Shown: piece after piece, positions 1 through 8,261 of the stretch
How the letters are laid out: each line of letters opens with the position of its first letter
Position numbering within the stretch: position 1 is the first letter of the stretch
Made by a program: the position numbers and the translations under genes
Origin: a virus
Taxonomy: Duplodnaviria; Heunggongvirae; Uroviricota; Caudoviricetes
Reading direction: 5' to 3' (one strand)
Length of the DNA stretch: 64,000 nucleotides
IMG/VR virus record: IMGVR_UViG_3300046522_000173
Coordinates: 20,274 to 84,273 of that record
Notes under the pieces: generated by a model
The model's input: only the letters and a program-made list of their open reading frames with translations
Databases searched by the model: none
Told to the model about the DNA's origin: nothing

Positions 1-3000
1 TCCAAAATGGAAAGAGAATTCGCAATCGATTCACTCTTTGCACCAACAAGCTCAACTTCACCATTGACGATCACTGTCTGCGAACCGAGTACGCTACCAG
101 TGCCTTGCACTGATTGCTTATCAGCCGAAGACATTCCACCACCACTACCTCCGCTAACAGCAACACCAAGTGCAGCCACAACAGCAGTCATTGCAGCCAT
201 ACGTGCAAATGCCGAATACGGATCACCAGAGCCTTGCGTCAGGATTGCGTTCACACCTTTGACAACGCTCAGGGCCATTTCAGCAGCTTGCAGGATTTGC
301 ACAGCGCTGGTCATTGCTTGGTAGCCACGACTATTCTCGTCAAAGAATCCTTTAGCTGCTTCTGCCATACCTCCGTAGGAGGACAGTTGGGATTGGGCGT
401 TGGAAATCTGAAGCTCCTTGATTTCCTTTGTGCGATCAATGCCGTCTTTATCTTGCGCTTCTTGCAAGCCAGAGATTTGCTTCGTATATTTCAGTTGGTC
501 GGCTTGTCCATCTGCGAACGAGCTAAACATCTTCCCTGCGGCTTCTCCAGCTTTACCGAATGCTTTGGTGAGGGAGTTTTCAATCTCTTTGCCGAGGTCT
601 TTCCACTGATCTACTTGATTCTTGATTGCGATGTTGTCGAGCTTGACTTTGGAGATAGCATCAATAGTGCTGAGTGTCTTCGCGTAGGCTTTCTGTGCAG
701 CGTTGATGTTAGCAACATCTTCAAAGGTTGCCGTACCGTCCATTGCTTTCTCATCGAAGCCCGATTGAGCTTGAGCCAGTTTGAGTGCCGCAATCTTTGC
801 TTGAGAGTCAGCAGCAATACGCACACGCTCAGCTTCGCTTTGACCAAATAATGTCAAACTATCCGCTTGGGCTTTTTCCAATTCAATGTCGAGAGACAGT
901 TGATTCTTCAGCAGGTCGCGGTATGCTTCTGTGAGAGTTTCTGTGGAAGCGGCTTCGAGGAGGTTTTGCTTGATCGCCAAATCACCTGAAGAAGATAGTT
1001 GAGCCTTTGCGATTGCAAGACGCGCCAGTTCCAGAGCAGTTGCTTTGGTCTTGACCCCATACGTTTCCATCGCGTCAATTTCAGCTTGAGCTTGGCCCGC
1101 ATTAGTGATCGAAGAATTCGTTGCAGACTGAATCTTTGCACGAGCATCCTGCGCTTTGTTGATTGCATCTTCTTGCTCAGCCCAATCACGCAGCTTTCCA
1201 ATAAAGTCATCAGCAAGCTTATTATTCTGAATGAAGTATTCAGCTTTACGGCGCTGAGTCCCCAAGTATGCCGCACCTTCCGATTCAGCAGCTTTCTGGA
1301 AAGCCTCTTCACCGGCAATACCCTGCTTCAAATGGTCAACAAACTCTTGGAGCTTCTTGTCATTCTCGTTACGGAATTTTGCAGCATCCGTTTCTTGTGC
1401 CGTTGCAAGCATGTCTTGGTAAACAGGATTGCTCTTGGAGGTGCTGCCATACTTGCCGAGAGCACGATTAACTTCAACAATTGCTGCTTGCGTTTCGGAC
1501 ATTACGCGAAGGTCGGAATTAAACCCTGCTTCGATAGCTGCTGATTTAGCATTGTAAGATGCCGTCAGCTTTTCTAATTCTTCACGCTCTTGCTTAATGA
1601 AGTTGAGTCGTTGGGTTTCTTCTTTTGCAGGTTTCTCCGTCAGCTCACCAGTCCCTGTAGGTTTGACCTGAGAAGCCTTTGCAGCAGCATTTTGTGCAGC
1701 AGCATTCGCTTGACGGGCTTTTACCAACTCCTCTGTGGCGCGAGTCACAACCTTGACTTGATTCGCATGCGTAGTGAGCGCATCGTTGTACTTACCAAGA
1801 GACTCGATGTATGCAGAAGAACCCGCGCGATCCACCGTAGCAACTTCACCCTTTTGGTACAGCGCAATGCGCTTCTTTTGATTGTCGCTGAGTGCGGCAT
1901 ACTGCGAGTCCAGGTCAGACTTCATTGCCTCTAGACCCTTCTGCGACTCCTTAATGGCGGCGGCGGCAGCATCTTTGTCTGCGTTCAGTTGGGCTTTGCG
2001 AGCAACATCAAGTTCACTCATACCCTTCTTGCGCATCTCCAGAGCTTCGCGCTCTTGCTCAGCCGCTGTCATTACACCTTCAGAATACTCCTGTAAGTTT
2101 GATGCGCTTGCGTTATTATTTAATGCACTGTCTTTGTTCGCTTTGTAGATTGCCCAAGCAGCACCCATCGCCATAATCGCAATTGCAATTGGTCCAAGTG
2201 ACGCTGTGAATCCCGCTGCGGCAATCGAAGCTATGTTCATGGCCTGCGCCATCTTCACAATGCCAGCTACAGTTTCGACAAGCTTCCATGCTGCATAGCC
2301 TGCTGCAACCTTTACGATCACATCCAAGTGAGTGACGAGAGATTTGGTGAGGTCTGCAACAAACACAGCGATAGTCTTCAGCCCTTGGGAAAACTCCGGG
2401 GAATTGAACGCTTGTTTCATTGCTCGCGCAACTTCACCAATCTGTGGAGAGATGGAAGCGAATGCTTGCCCCAACACAGTTTGCAGTGTGTTACCAACAG
2501 ACTTAATCTGATTGGATGTAGTCTGTGCCATAGCAATCGCACCGAGAGTGGAAAACGCAGCAGCCTTTTGAATTGCATCCTGCATCTCAACCAGTTTGTT
2601 CGCGTACTTGTTCCCGAATGCGTCAACTTCATCGGATGCCGTGTCGAGCAGCTTAATCAGTGCCGCACCAGTTTTGATGCCGCGCTCACCGAACACTTTG
2701 TCCATTGCTTCAGGACGGGCTTGCTTATTCAAGCGGGAGAATCCATCTTCAAGCTTCTGAATGACCTCCACCAATGGGAGGAATTGCCCGTCCGAGTTCT
2801 TCAGGTCACGCAAGGTGAGGCCCATGTCTTTCAAAGCTTTTGTGGACTTATCCGTACCGGACGAAAGGTCTTTATAGAAGTTCTTGAGCGACGTACCAGC
2901 AGCAGTACCTTGGATACCCAGATTGGCGACGGCAGCAAGGCCCACACCAATGTCATTCAAGGATGCGCCGTACACTTCACCAACAGCAGCAGCAGACATA

Positions 3001-4349
3001 AATGCGCCGGAGATACTCTGCACACTAGACATAGACGCAGCGGCAGTTTTAGCTACAACGTCAGCAACGTGGTTGAACCCTTCTGCTGTATAGCCAAGGG
3101 ATGTGCCAATCTGCACAAGAGTTTCAGCAGAACGCTCAATACTGATATCGCCCATGACAGCAAGGTTAAGTGCTGCACCAACACCTGACATCGCCTCTTT
3201 GGCATTCAGGCCAGCAAGGGTGAGGACAGACAGCGCTTCAGCCACATCACGAGGGCCATTTACACCTTTACCAAGCTCCACAACCTTCAGGCGCATCTGT
3301 TCAATTTCGCCCGTGGTTGCTTGACCCAGCACACGAATCTTTTCAAGCGTTTGCTCAACATCCTTGCCGACTGAGACAATACCTGCCAGGGAAGAGCCGA
3401 TGGCGACACCAACAGCCATGCCTGCGAGGTTGCCGTACGTCATCCACAAAGCGCCGAGAGAGCCGGAGAGGCCACGAGCCATTGCATGCGCCTCATCCAT
3501 TGCTGCTGTTTGCGCTGCCATTGCAGACCTGGAGCGAGTGGCTGCTTGCTGAAGCCTATTGTGTTCGTCAGTAAGTTGTCGAATACCTTGCGAGTTTGCC
3601 AAGGCTGCAACTTCTGAACCGTATTGCGATGCTACGTTACCACCTAATGAACCGTAGGCAGAAGCTTGGCGCGCTGTTGATAGGCGAGAGGAGGAGCTTG
3701 CCGTACTGAACTGTGCGTTGAGCAGTGCCATGCGCTTCGCTGCGGCTTCCGCCTGTGCCAATTGCTGGTCGCGGAGCTTATTCATGCGAGTAGCTTCAGA
3801 CTGCATGTTTGCGTATGCACGTTCAGCAGCAGATTTCCTCTCGGCTTCAGCTTTAGCAAGAGCACTGGTTTCAGCAGCGAGAGCCTTCTCTGCATCTTTA
3901 ATGCGCTGAGCGTTCCACTTGTCAGCTTGGGATTGAAGCTTCACGTAGGAGGCTGCTTGAGCCTTCTGCTCTTGAGCGTAAAACTTGTCAGCTTGTGCTT
4001 GGAGTTTGGCGTAAGAGGCTTGCTCGTCGGAGATGCGTTGGTCGAAGGCTTTGTTCATCGCAGCCGCTTCGCGGAGCATTGCATTTTCAGCAGCTTTGTT
4101 AGCTGCGGTTATGGCCTTCTGCTGCGTGTTCCAAGCCTGCTCTTGTGCTCTCGAAACCTTGTCAACGAAGTCGTACCAAACCTTCATTTCACGCTGGAGC
4201 ATTGCGTCAGCGCTAGAAACCTTATTCAGTTTGCCAGCGCTTTTCTCGGCTTTATCGCCAGCCGTGGCGAGTTTATTGAGGGCGTCAGTAGCGCTTTGGA
4301 CGCCTTGACTCTCCACTTTTATGACTAGGCTGCTAGCTTCTAATGCCAT
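1..4349 (-). CDS. tail tape measure protein (partial; N-terminus at 4349, C-terminal part lies beyond the window start)
   Basis: Continuous minus-strand frame from ATG 4349-4347 to the window edge, not reported by the ORF track because it has no in-window stop. Translation is Ala/Gln/Lys-rich coiled coil with a TP901-type TMP core (EAMDKVFGERGIKTGAALI). It sits directly downstream of the G/T chaperone genes, and the plus-strand ORFs over it are antisense artefacts. Confidence 0.85.
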   Translation of the reverse strand, partial: MALEASSLVIKVESQGVQSATDALNKLATAGDKAEKSAGKLNKVSSADAMLQREMKVWYDFVDKVSRAQEQAWNTQQKAITAANKAAENAMLREAAAMNKAFDQRISDEQASYAKLQAQADKFYAQEQKAQAASYVKLQSQADKWNAQRIKDAEKALAAETSALAKAEAERKSAAERAYANMQSEATRMNKLRDQQLAQAEAAAKRMALLNAQFSTASSSSRLSTARQASAYGSLGGNVASQYGSEVAALANSQGIRQLTDEHNRLQQAATRSRSAMAAQTAAMDEAHAMARGLSGSLGALWMTYGNLAGMAVGVAIGSSLAGIVSVGKDVEQTLEKIRVLGQATTGEIEQMRLKVVELGKGVNGPRDVAEALSVLTLAGLNAKEAMSGVGAALNLAVMGDISIERSAETLVQIGTSLGYTAEGFNHVADVVAKTAAASMSSVQSISGAFMSAAAVGEVYGASLNDIGVGLAAVANLGIQGTAAGTSLKNFYKDLSSGTDKSTKALKDMGLTLRDLKNSDGQFLPLVEVIQKLEDGFSRLNKQARPEAMDKVFGERGIKTGAALIKLLDTASDEVDAFGNKYANKLVEMQDAIQKAAAFSTLGAIAMAQTTSNQIKSVGNTLQTVLGQAFASISPQIGEVARAMKQAFNSPEFSQGLKTIAVFVADLTKSLVTHLDVIVKVAAGYAAWKLVETVAGIVKMAQAMNIASIAAAGFTASLGPIAIAIMAMGAAWAIYKANKDSALNNNASASNLQEYSEGVMTAAEQEREALEMRKKGMSELDVARKAQLNADKDAAAAAIKESQKGLEAMKSDLDSQYAALSDNQKKRIALYQKGEVATVDRAGSSAYIESLGKYNDALTTHANQVKVVTRATEELVKARQANAAAQNAAAKASQVKPTGTGELTEKPAKEETQRLNFIKQEREELEKLTASYNAKSAAIEAGFNSDLRVMSETQAAIVEVNRALGKYGSTSKSNPVYQDMLATAQETDAAKFRNENDKKLQEFVDHLKQGIAGEEAFQKAAESEGAAYLGTQRRKAEYFIQNNKLADDFIGKLRDWAEQEDAINKAQDARAKIQSATNSSITNAGQAQAEIDAMETYGVKTKATALELARLAIAKAQLSSSGDLAIKQNLLEAASTETLTEAYRDLLKNQLSLDIELEKAQADSLTLFGQSEAERVRIAADSQAKIAALKLAQAQSGFDEKAMDGTATFEDVANINAAQKAYAKTLSTIDAISKVKLDNIAIKNQVDQWKDLGKEIENSLTKAFGKAGEAAGKMFSSFADGQADQLKYTKQISGLQEAQDKDGIDRTKEIKELQISNAQSQLSSYGGMAEAAKGFFDENSRGYQAMTSAVQILQAAEMALSVVKGVNAILTQGSGDPYSAFARMAAMTAVVAALGVAVSGGSGGGMSSADKQSVQGTGSVLGSQTVIVNGEVELVGAKSESIANSLSIL

Positions 4350-4350
4350 T

Positions 4351-4812
4351 TTATTTCTTCCTAAACGATTTCATCTGCTCCCTAATTCGTAGGGCTTTTG
4401 CAAGCTTGTCAGCCTCATCTTCCACTTCATCTTCTTTGCGTTCAGGTGTGTAAGGCGCTGGACACCTGATGTCTTTTGCTTTAGAGTACTCAGAACAATA
4501 TGCTTCCGACATTTTGCGGAGCATCTGCTTCTCGAACAGTGTTAGTTCTAGCTCGTTAACTTCTATGAAGCTTTGAATTTCTTGCCAGGACAACGGGATT
4601 AATCCGTAACCTGTTTGAGAACATTGGCCCGACCTAAAAAACAACGCCTGTAGGTGTAAAAAAGCCGGATGAATTTCTGGCAGATTTACCTCTACAGGCG
4701 CTATTGGCGCGCCTGCTGAATCTTCAGGCGAGTCTGAATCAATTTTTTCACGTACTAGAGGCGCACCTGTTCGGATTGCCTCTAGGCGGCTCATCTTTTG
4801 TTTGTCAGGCAC
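4351..4812 (-). CDS. tail assembly chaperone, gpT-like segment (expressed as a G-T fusion by a -1 frameshift)
   Basis: ORF lies in the -1 frame relative to 4863..5264. Its frame stays open upstream through the stop of the gpG-like ORF, and it sits immediately before the tape measure gene. Confidence 0.45.
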   Translation of the reverse strand: MPDKQKMSRLEAIRTGAPLVREKIDSDSPEDSAGAPIAPVEVNLPEIHPAFLHLQALFFRSGQCSQTGYGLIPLSWQEIQSFIEVNELELTLFEKQMLRKMSEAYCSEYSKAKDIRCPAPYTPERKEDEVEDEADKLAKALRIREQMKSFRKK

Positions 4813-4862
4813 ACACCCTAGGTATGCGACCTGACGGCACCACAGGAGGAGCTCTCCTTCAA

Positions 4863-5264
4863 TTATTTCAAAAAAGCGCCGAAGCCCGATCCGATAAGCT
4901 CGCCAATCTGTTCACGAATCCACACAAAACGGTCATCCGAGTACACAGTGCGGAACGCATCAGGCGTGTCAACTTTCTTACCTGCGAAATCCATGTTGGT
5001 AATCTCAACAGAGATAGTGGTCAAGAATTCAACATTCTCTTGACGGGCTTGTTCTGGCGAAGGCTTCTTACCGCCGCGTTGAGCGTCACGCTTCATCATT
5101 GCATTCACGGCGCGTTGATACGAAGGGGAAGCCTTGCCCTTCAGGACAATCTCAACTGGCAGAGTTTCTTCTGCATCTGCAAAGAGAGGCAGGCCAGTGC
5201 CGGGGTGATTCAGTTGAAAGCTGGCTTGTTCTTCGAGGGCGAGGCTGGAAAGATCAAAAGTCAT
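4863..5264 (-). CDS. tail assembly chaperone (gpG-like)
   Basis: 133-aa acidic protein between the tail tube gene and the tape measure gene, with a slippery site at its 3' end. Confidence 0.5.
   Translation of the reverse strand: MTFDLSSLALEEQASFQLNHPGTGLPLFADAEETLPVEIVLKGKASPSYQRAVNAMMKRDAQRGGKKPSPEQARQENVEFLTTISVEITNMDFAGKKVDTPDAFRTVYSDDRFVWIREQIGELIGSGFGAFLK
4866..4872 (-). promoter_or_regulatory. -1 programmed ribosomal frameshift slippery heptamer T_TTT_TTG at the end of the gpG-like ORF
   Basis: Minus-strand sequence GGC GCT TTT TTG AAA TAA; a slip on T TTT TTG enters the gpT-like frame (..R F F E I I E G E..), which has no stop. Confidence 0.45.
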
Positions 5265-5275
5265 GGTAGAGTTCC

Positions 5276-6250
5276 TTAAGTTATGTTAGTGTTGTTAAGT
5301 TGATTGGAGCTATCTTGCTCCTTTGTTTGTGCTGCTATTAATTCTTCGATGCGGTTGAGGGGGGAGGCTAGGTGTACGTCGTAGAAGCATTCTGTGGAGC
5401 CGTCAAAGCGTTCCTGCGGTTGCTTGTGCTGTGAGCGCAACTCTCTAAGAATCTCGGTCTCTATGGCACGAGGAATAAACCCTTCATCAAACACGTATTC
5501 TTTAAGAATATTAAAAGTCTTACCTGACTCGCGGGAGACCGATTGGCAGCGTTCTTTTGCGTCGAAATTTGTTATGCCTACTTTCACCAAATCTCGTTCC
5601 GTGAGAACGTACAACTTGCCGGGGAGGCTATTTTTATAGCCCGCAACCGCACAGTCAGGGCAACCTCTACCTGCGAGATGAGAGGATGGCTCTTGCCAAA
5701 AGAATCCGTGTTTAGTACAGTAGATTTCAACCTTCTTGTGGGTGGTCTCGTACTTTACTCGGGAGTAGTCATACCTCCCTGAGTGAACCCTGTCAGCATC
5801 TTTTATGAACTCTTCGCCGGTCTTCCTGCAATTTTGCCCGTTAATCTCGTGGGCACATTCCTTGCAAATAGTCTTACTGTGGACGTGATTGCTGACAGTC
5901 TGCTTGAACCATCCGTGCTTCTTACAGAATATGTCTATCTTGGACTCTTTATTTTTGTAACCCAAGACATCCTTGTACAGGTAAGTATCTCCATGAACAG
6001 CCCTAATTGCTTCTCTTACTTGCTCTTCAGATTTTCTCGTCTTGCTGTGCGCAGTAATCTTCCCGCACTCGGGACAGCCGCGACCCGTGAGGTGACTCCC
6101 AGGAGTAGTCAACCATGTTTTATGTATAGGGCACGAAATTAGAACTTTTTCATTTACTGCCTTATACACCACATGCTCGTAACTGTACTTGTCTCCGTGT
6201 ATCGCAACAGCTTGCGCAATAAATTCTTCAGTGGTTTTCTTCTTTGCCAT
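5276..6250 (-). CDS. T5orf172 (GIY-YIG superfamily-like) putative homing endonuclease with three N-terminal CxxH/CxxC zinc-ribbon repeats
   Basis: Three approximately 55-aa repeats (HGDKYSYEHV..C..HG.F..P..HL.G.GCP.C) followed by a C-terminal LYVL..VKVGIT....R......F...GSTECF block. Paralog of 19520..20770, inserted inside the tail gene cluster. Confidence 0.6.
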   Translation of the reverse strand: MAKKKTTEEFIAQAVAIHGDKYSYEHVVYKAVNEKVLISCPIHKTWLTTPGSHLTGRGCPECGKITAHSKTRKSEEQVREAIRAVHGDTYLYKDVLGYKNKESKIDIFCKKHGWFKQTVSNHVHSKTICKECAHEINGQNCRKTGEEFIKDADRVHSGRYDYSRVKYETTHKKVEIYCTKHGFFWQEPSSHLAGRGCPDCAVAGYKNSLPGKLYVLTERDLVKVGITNFDAKERCQSVSRESGKTFNILKEYVFDEGFIPRAIETEILRELRSQHKQPQERFDGSTECFYDVHLASPLNRIEELIAAQTKEQDSSNQLNNTNIT

Positions 6251-6357
6251 GTATCCCTTTCTTAAAGACTCTAAAATTTTTAGAACGTTTAAGAGAGGGA
6301 TTGACAGTCCCGTACCTCTTACTACTTCTTTACAGGGGGCGTCTCACGACGTACCTC

Positions 6358-6384
6358 TTCAAACAAGAGGACCGAAGTCCTCCT
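6358..6384 (-). terminator. hairpin (GAGGAC-ttcg-GTCCTC) followed by TTGTTTG after the tail tube gene
   Basis: Stem-loop plus a T-rich tract read on the minus strand; probably a partial terminator. Confidence 0.35.
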
Positions 6385-6391
6385 AAAACTG

Positions 6392-6838
6392 TTACGCTTC
6401 TACAGTAATAATTTCGTCATCAACGTCAATAGTGATGTCCATCTCCAGGATGCTATCGGCTCCCGAAATTGTGGTGCTCGCGGAAGAAATAATGCCCGTT
6501 CCAAAATCAGTCTCGCCAACCAAAGTTGGGTAAACAACCTTGAATGCTCGCGGAGCACGATCTTTGAATGCAGCGCGCAGCGCGTCAATATCGGCACCAG
6601 CATGGCGCGCGACTTTGAGTGTCATTTGACCAAAATCTTGGCTGCCGCCCCGCTTGGTGACTCGGCCCGTGCTCACGTCGGTGAACGAAACCACTTGCGT
6701 CTTGCCACCGAGGCTACCCATATCGGAGACCTCGGCCACTTGAATCCAGCCCGTGATCGCCTCAAACCCAGTTTCATCGTGCGTGGTAGGCAGACTCGGA
6801 GCGATCCACAGCGTTGTCGTAGCAGATGTAAATGCCAT
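6392..6838 (-). CDS. major tail (tube) protein
   Basis: 148-aa protein in the position upstream of the G/T chaperones; the translation has a beta-rich tail tube character. Confidence 0.5.
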   Translation of the reverse strand: MAFTSATTTLWIAPSLPTTHDETGFEAITGWIQVAEVSDMGSLGGKTQVVSFTDVSTGRVTKRGGSQDFGQMTLKVARHAGADIDALRAAFKDRAPRAFKVVYPTLVGETDFGTGIISSASTTISGADSILEMDITIDVDDEIITVEA

Positions 6839-6926
6839 TTGTATTTCCTTTAAAAATTAATTAAGATGCTTGTGATACGACTCACGCCGTATTCGTTGGG
6901 TGAGCGTTAAAGCTCTTGACGAGTTG

Positions 6927-7319
6927 TCAGAGTTCCTGACGATATCTAACTCGTACAGCAGCCACCCTAAAGTTCCCATCACTCATAGCTGGGCTAACAA
7001 TCGGAGGCTGCTCTACCGAGAATGTTTGAAAGAGGCTCTTGCCAGCCACGGGGAAGAGTGCTACGATGGCACTTGTCAGCGCTTCCAACTGCTTCATCCC
7101 TCGACCTTCTGGTACGGCTACATTCACTTGGAAGGTACCGTAGACACGCTGCCTCGTAGCATCCACCGTAGCGTTGATAGCCGTGTTGGAGAGGAATAGC
7201 ACTTCCAGGAAAGGTGCATTGACAGGCTTTGTGAAAGGCACGCCCTCGTATGCTATTGGGAGAGACTCACTTGCTGCGAAGGCTGTAATCCTTGTTTCTA
7301 CTTCTTGTCTGATGTTCAT
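6927..7319 (-). CDS. tail terminator-like protein
   Basis: 130 aa, immediately upstream of the tube gene in the late operon. Confidence 0.35.
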   Translation of the reverse strand: MNIRQEVETRITAFAASESLPIAYEGVPFTKPVNAPFLEVLFLSNTAINATVDATRQRVYGTFQVNVAVPEGRGMKQLEALTSAIVALFPVAGKSLFQTFSVEQPPIVSPAMSDGNFRVAAVRVRYRQEL

Positions 7320-7762
7320 TTCAAGATGGCCTTCATAGCGTTGTACGAAACCTCAACAGGATGATAAGCTTTCCTCATACCTGTCCAAGTCCAACCTGTC
7401 TCAGGGTCTTTGCCAGCAGGCCAAGAAGCATACTCAACCCTGAACGCATAATTTAGATTGTTGGACAGAGATACAAAACCATCCTTCTTGAAGAAGGTAT
7501 TAGCACTCTTGACAATGCTGTCAATCCTAGCTAAGCTGTCACTGCCATCACTCGTGTTAGTCGTAGTAGACGTATCAAACGAGTTGACAGCAGGGAACCA
7601 GTTAGCTACGAAGTGCCCTGCAACATAAGGGCCATCGCCTACGTGCGGAGAGTTATTAACAATCTTGGTGAAGTAGGTGTGAGCTACGTTAGTAATCTTG
7701 AAGTTTACTTCGGTTTGCACTCTTGTGATATTCTTCTTCAGACTATCTAAGAAGCTTCCCAT
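7316..7762 (-). CDS. neck / tail completion-like structural protein
   Basis: 148 aa; assigned from gene order in the head-tail joining region. Confidence 0.35.
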   Translation of the reverse strand: MGSFLDSLKKNITRVQTEVNFKITNVAHTYFTKIVNNSPHVGDGPYVAGHFVANWFPAVNSFDTSTTTNTSDGSDSLARIDSIVKSANTFFKKDGFVSLSNNLNYAFRVEYASWPAGKDPETGWTWTGMRKAYHPVEVSYNAMKAILK

Positions 7763-7782
7763 GTGCTCTCCTTTAGAACAGA

Positions 7783-7811
7783 ATTATAGCATTGAAGGGG
7801 AATGTTGTCAA
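7783..7811 (-). promoter_or_regulatory. sigma70-type promoter (cgtaagaa-TTGACA-N17-TATAAT), internal to the late operon
   Basis: Perfect -35 and -10 hexamers with a 17-nt spacer on the minus strand, preceded by the recurrent CGTAAGAA element. Confidence 0.5.
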
Positions 7812-7814
7812 TTC

Positions 7815-8261
7815 TTACGAAGCTTTCTTGAATACATAAGAATTGCTAATCAGCGTCTGTGCAACGCCCTTTGCGTCAAGCATCTGCACATCGTAATAGA
7901 AGAAACCTGTACGAGACATATTCTCTTCACTTGGAGTGAACGAGACAATCCCTGTTAGGGGGTTGCTCACTACACCAATTAGCTTATACAGGATATTGGC
8001 CTCTTCGTTAGTCGGCTTTGTCGAGTAGAGTGTGAACACAAACTTGCACCGAGTAATATCAGCTACATGCCCAGTTGAGTTGTCAAACACAATGAACGAC
8101 TCAGTGGAAGTGTCTCCTGCCGTCCTTATGAGTTGCTTTGTGCTAGAGTCTTGCGGAACAGTACGCAACACAAGTGTAGGTGGAGGGGGGATAACAGGGA
8201 GGGAAACAACCTCCCTTTCGGGAAGCGCCTCCCTCACAATTACTGTGCAGGGAATTGCCAT
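7815..8261 (-). CDS. hypothetical structural protein
   Basis: 148 aa, translationally coupled downstream of the 1344-aa protein. Confidence 0.4.
   Translation of the reverse strand: MAIPCTVIVREALPEREVVSLPVIPPPPTLVLRTVPQDSSTKQLIRTAGDTSTESFIVFDNSTGHVADITRCKFVFTLYSTKPTNEEANILYKLIGVVSNPLTGIVSFTPSEENMSRTGFFYYDVQMLDAKGVAQTLISNSYVFKKAS

Noticed and set aside
7-4328. Eleven plus-strand ORFs (up to 286 aa) across 1-4.3 kb
   Set aside because: All are antisense to a continuous minus-strand tape measure reading frame (ATG 4349 to window edge) whose translation is a convincing coiled-coil tape measure protein. The plus-strand products are low-complexity Cys/Ser/Leu-rich.
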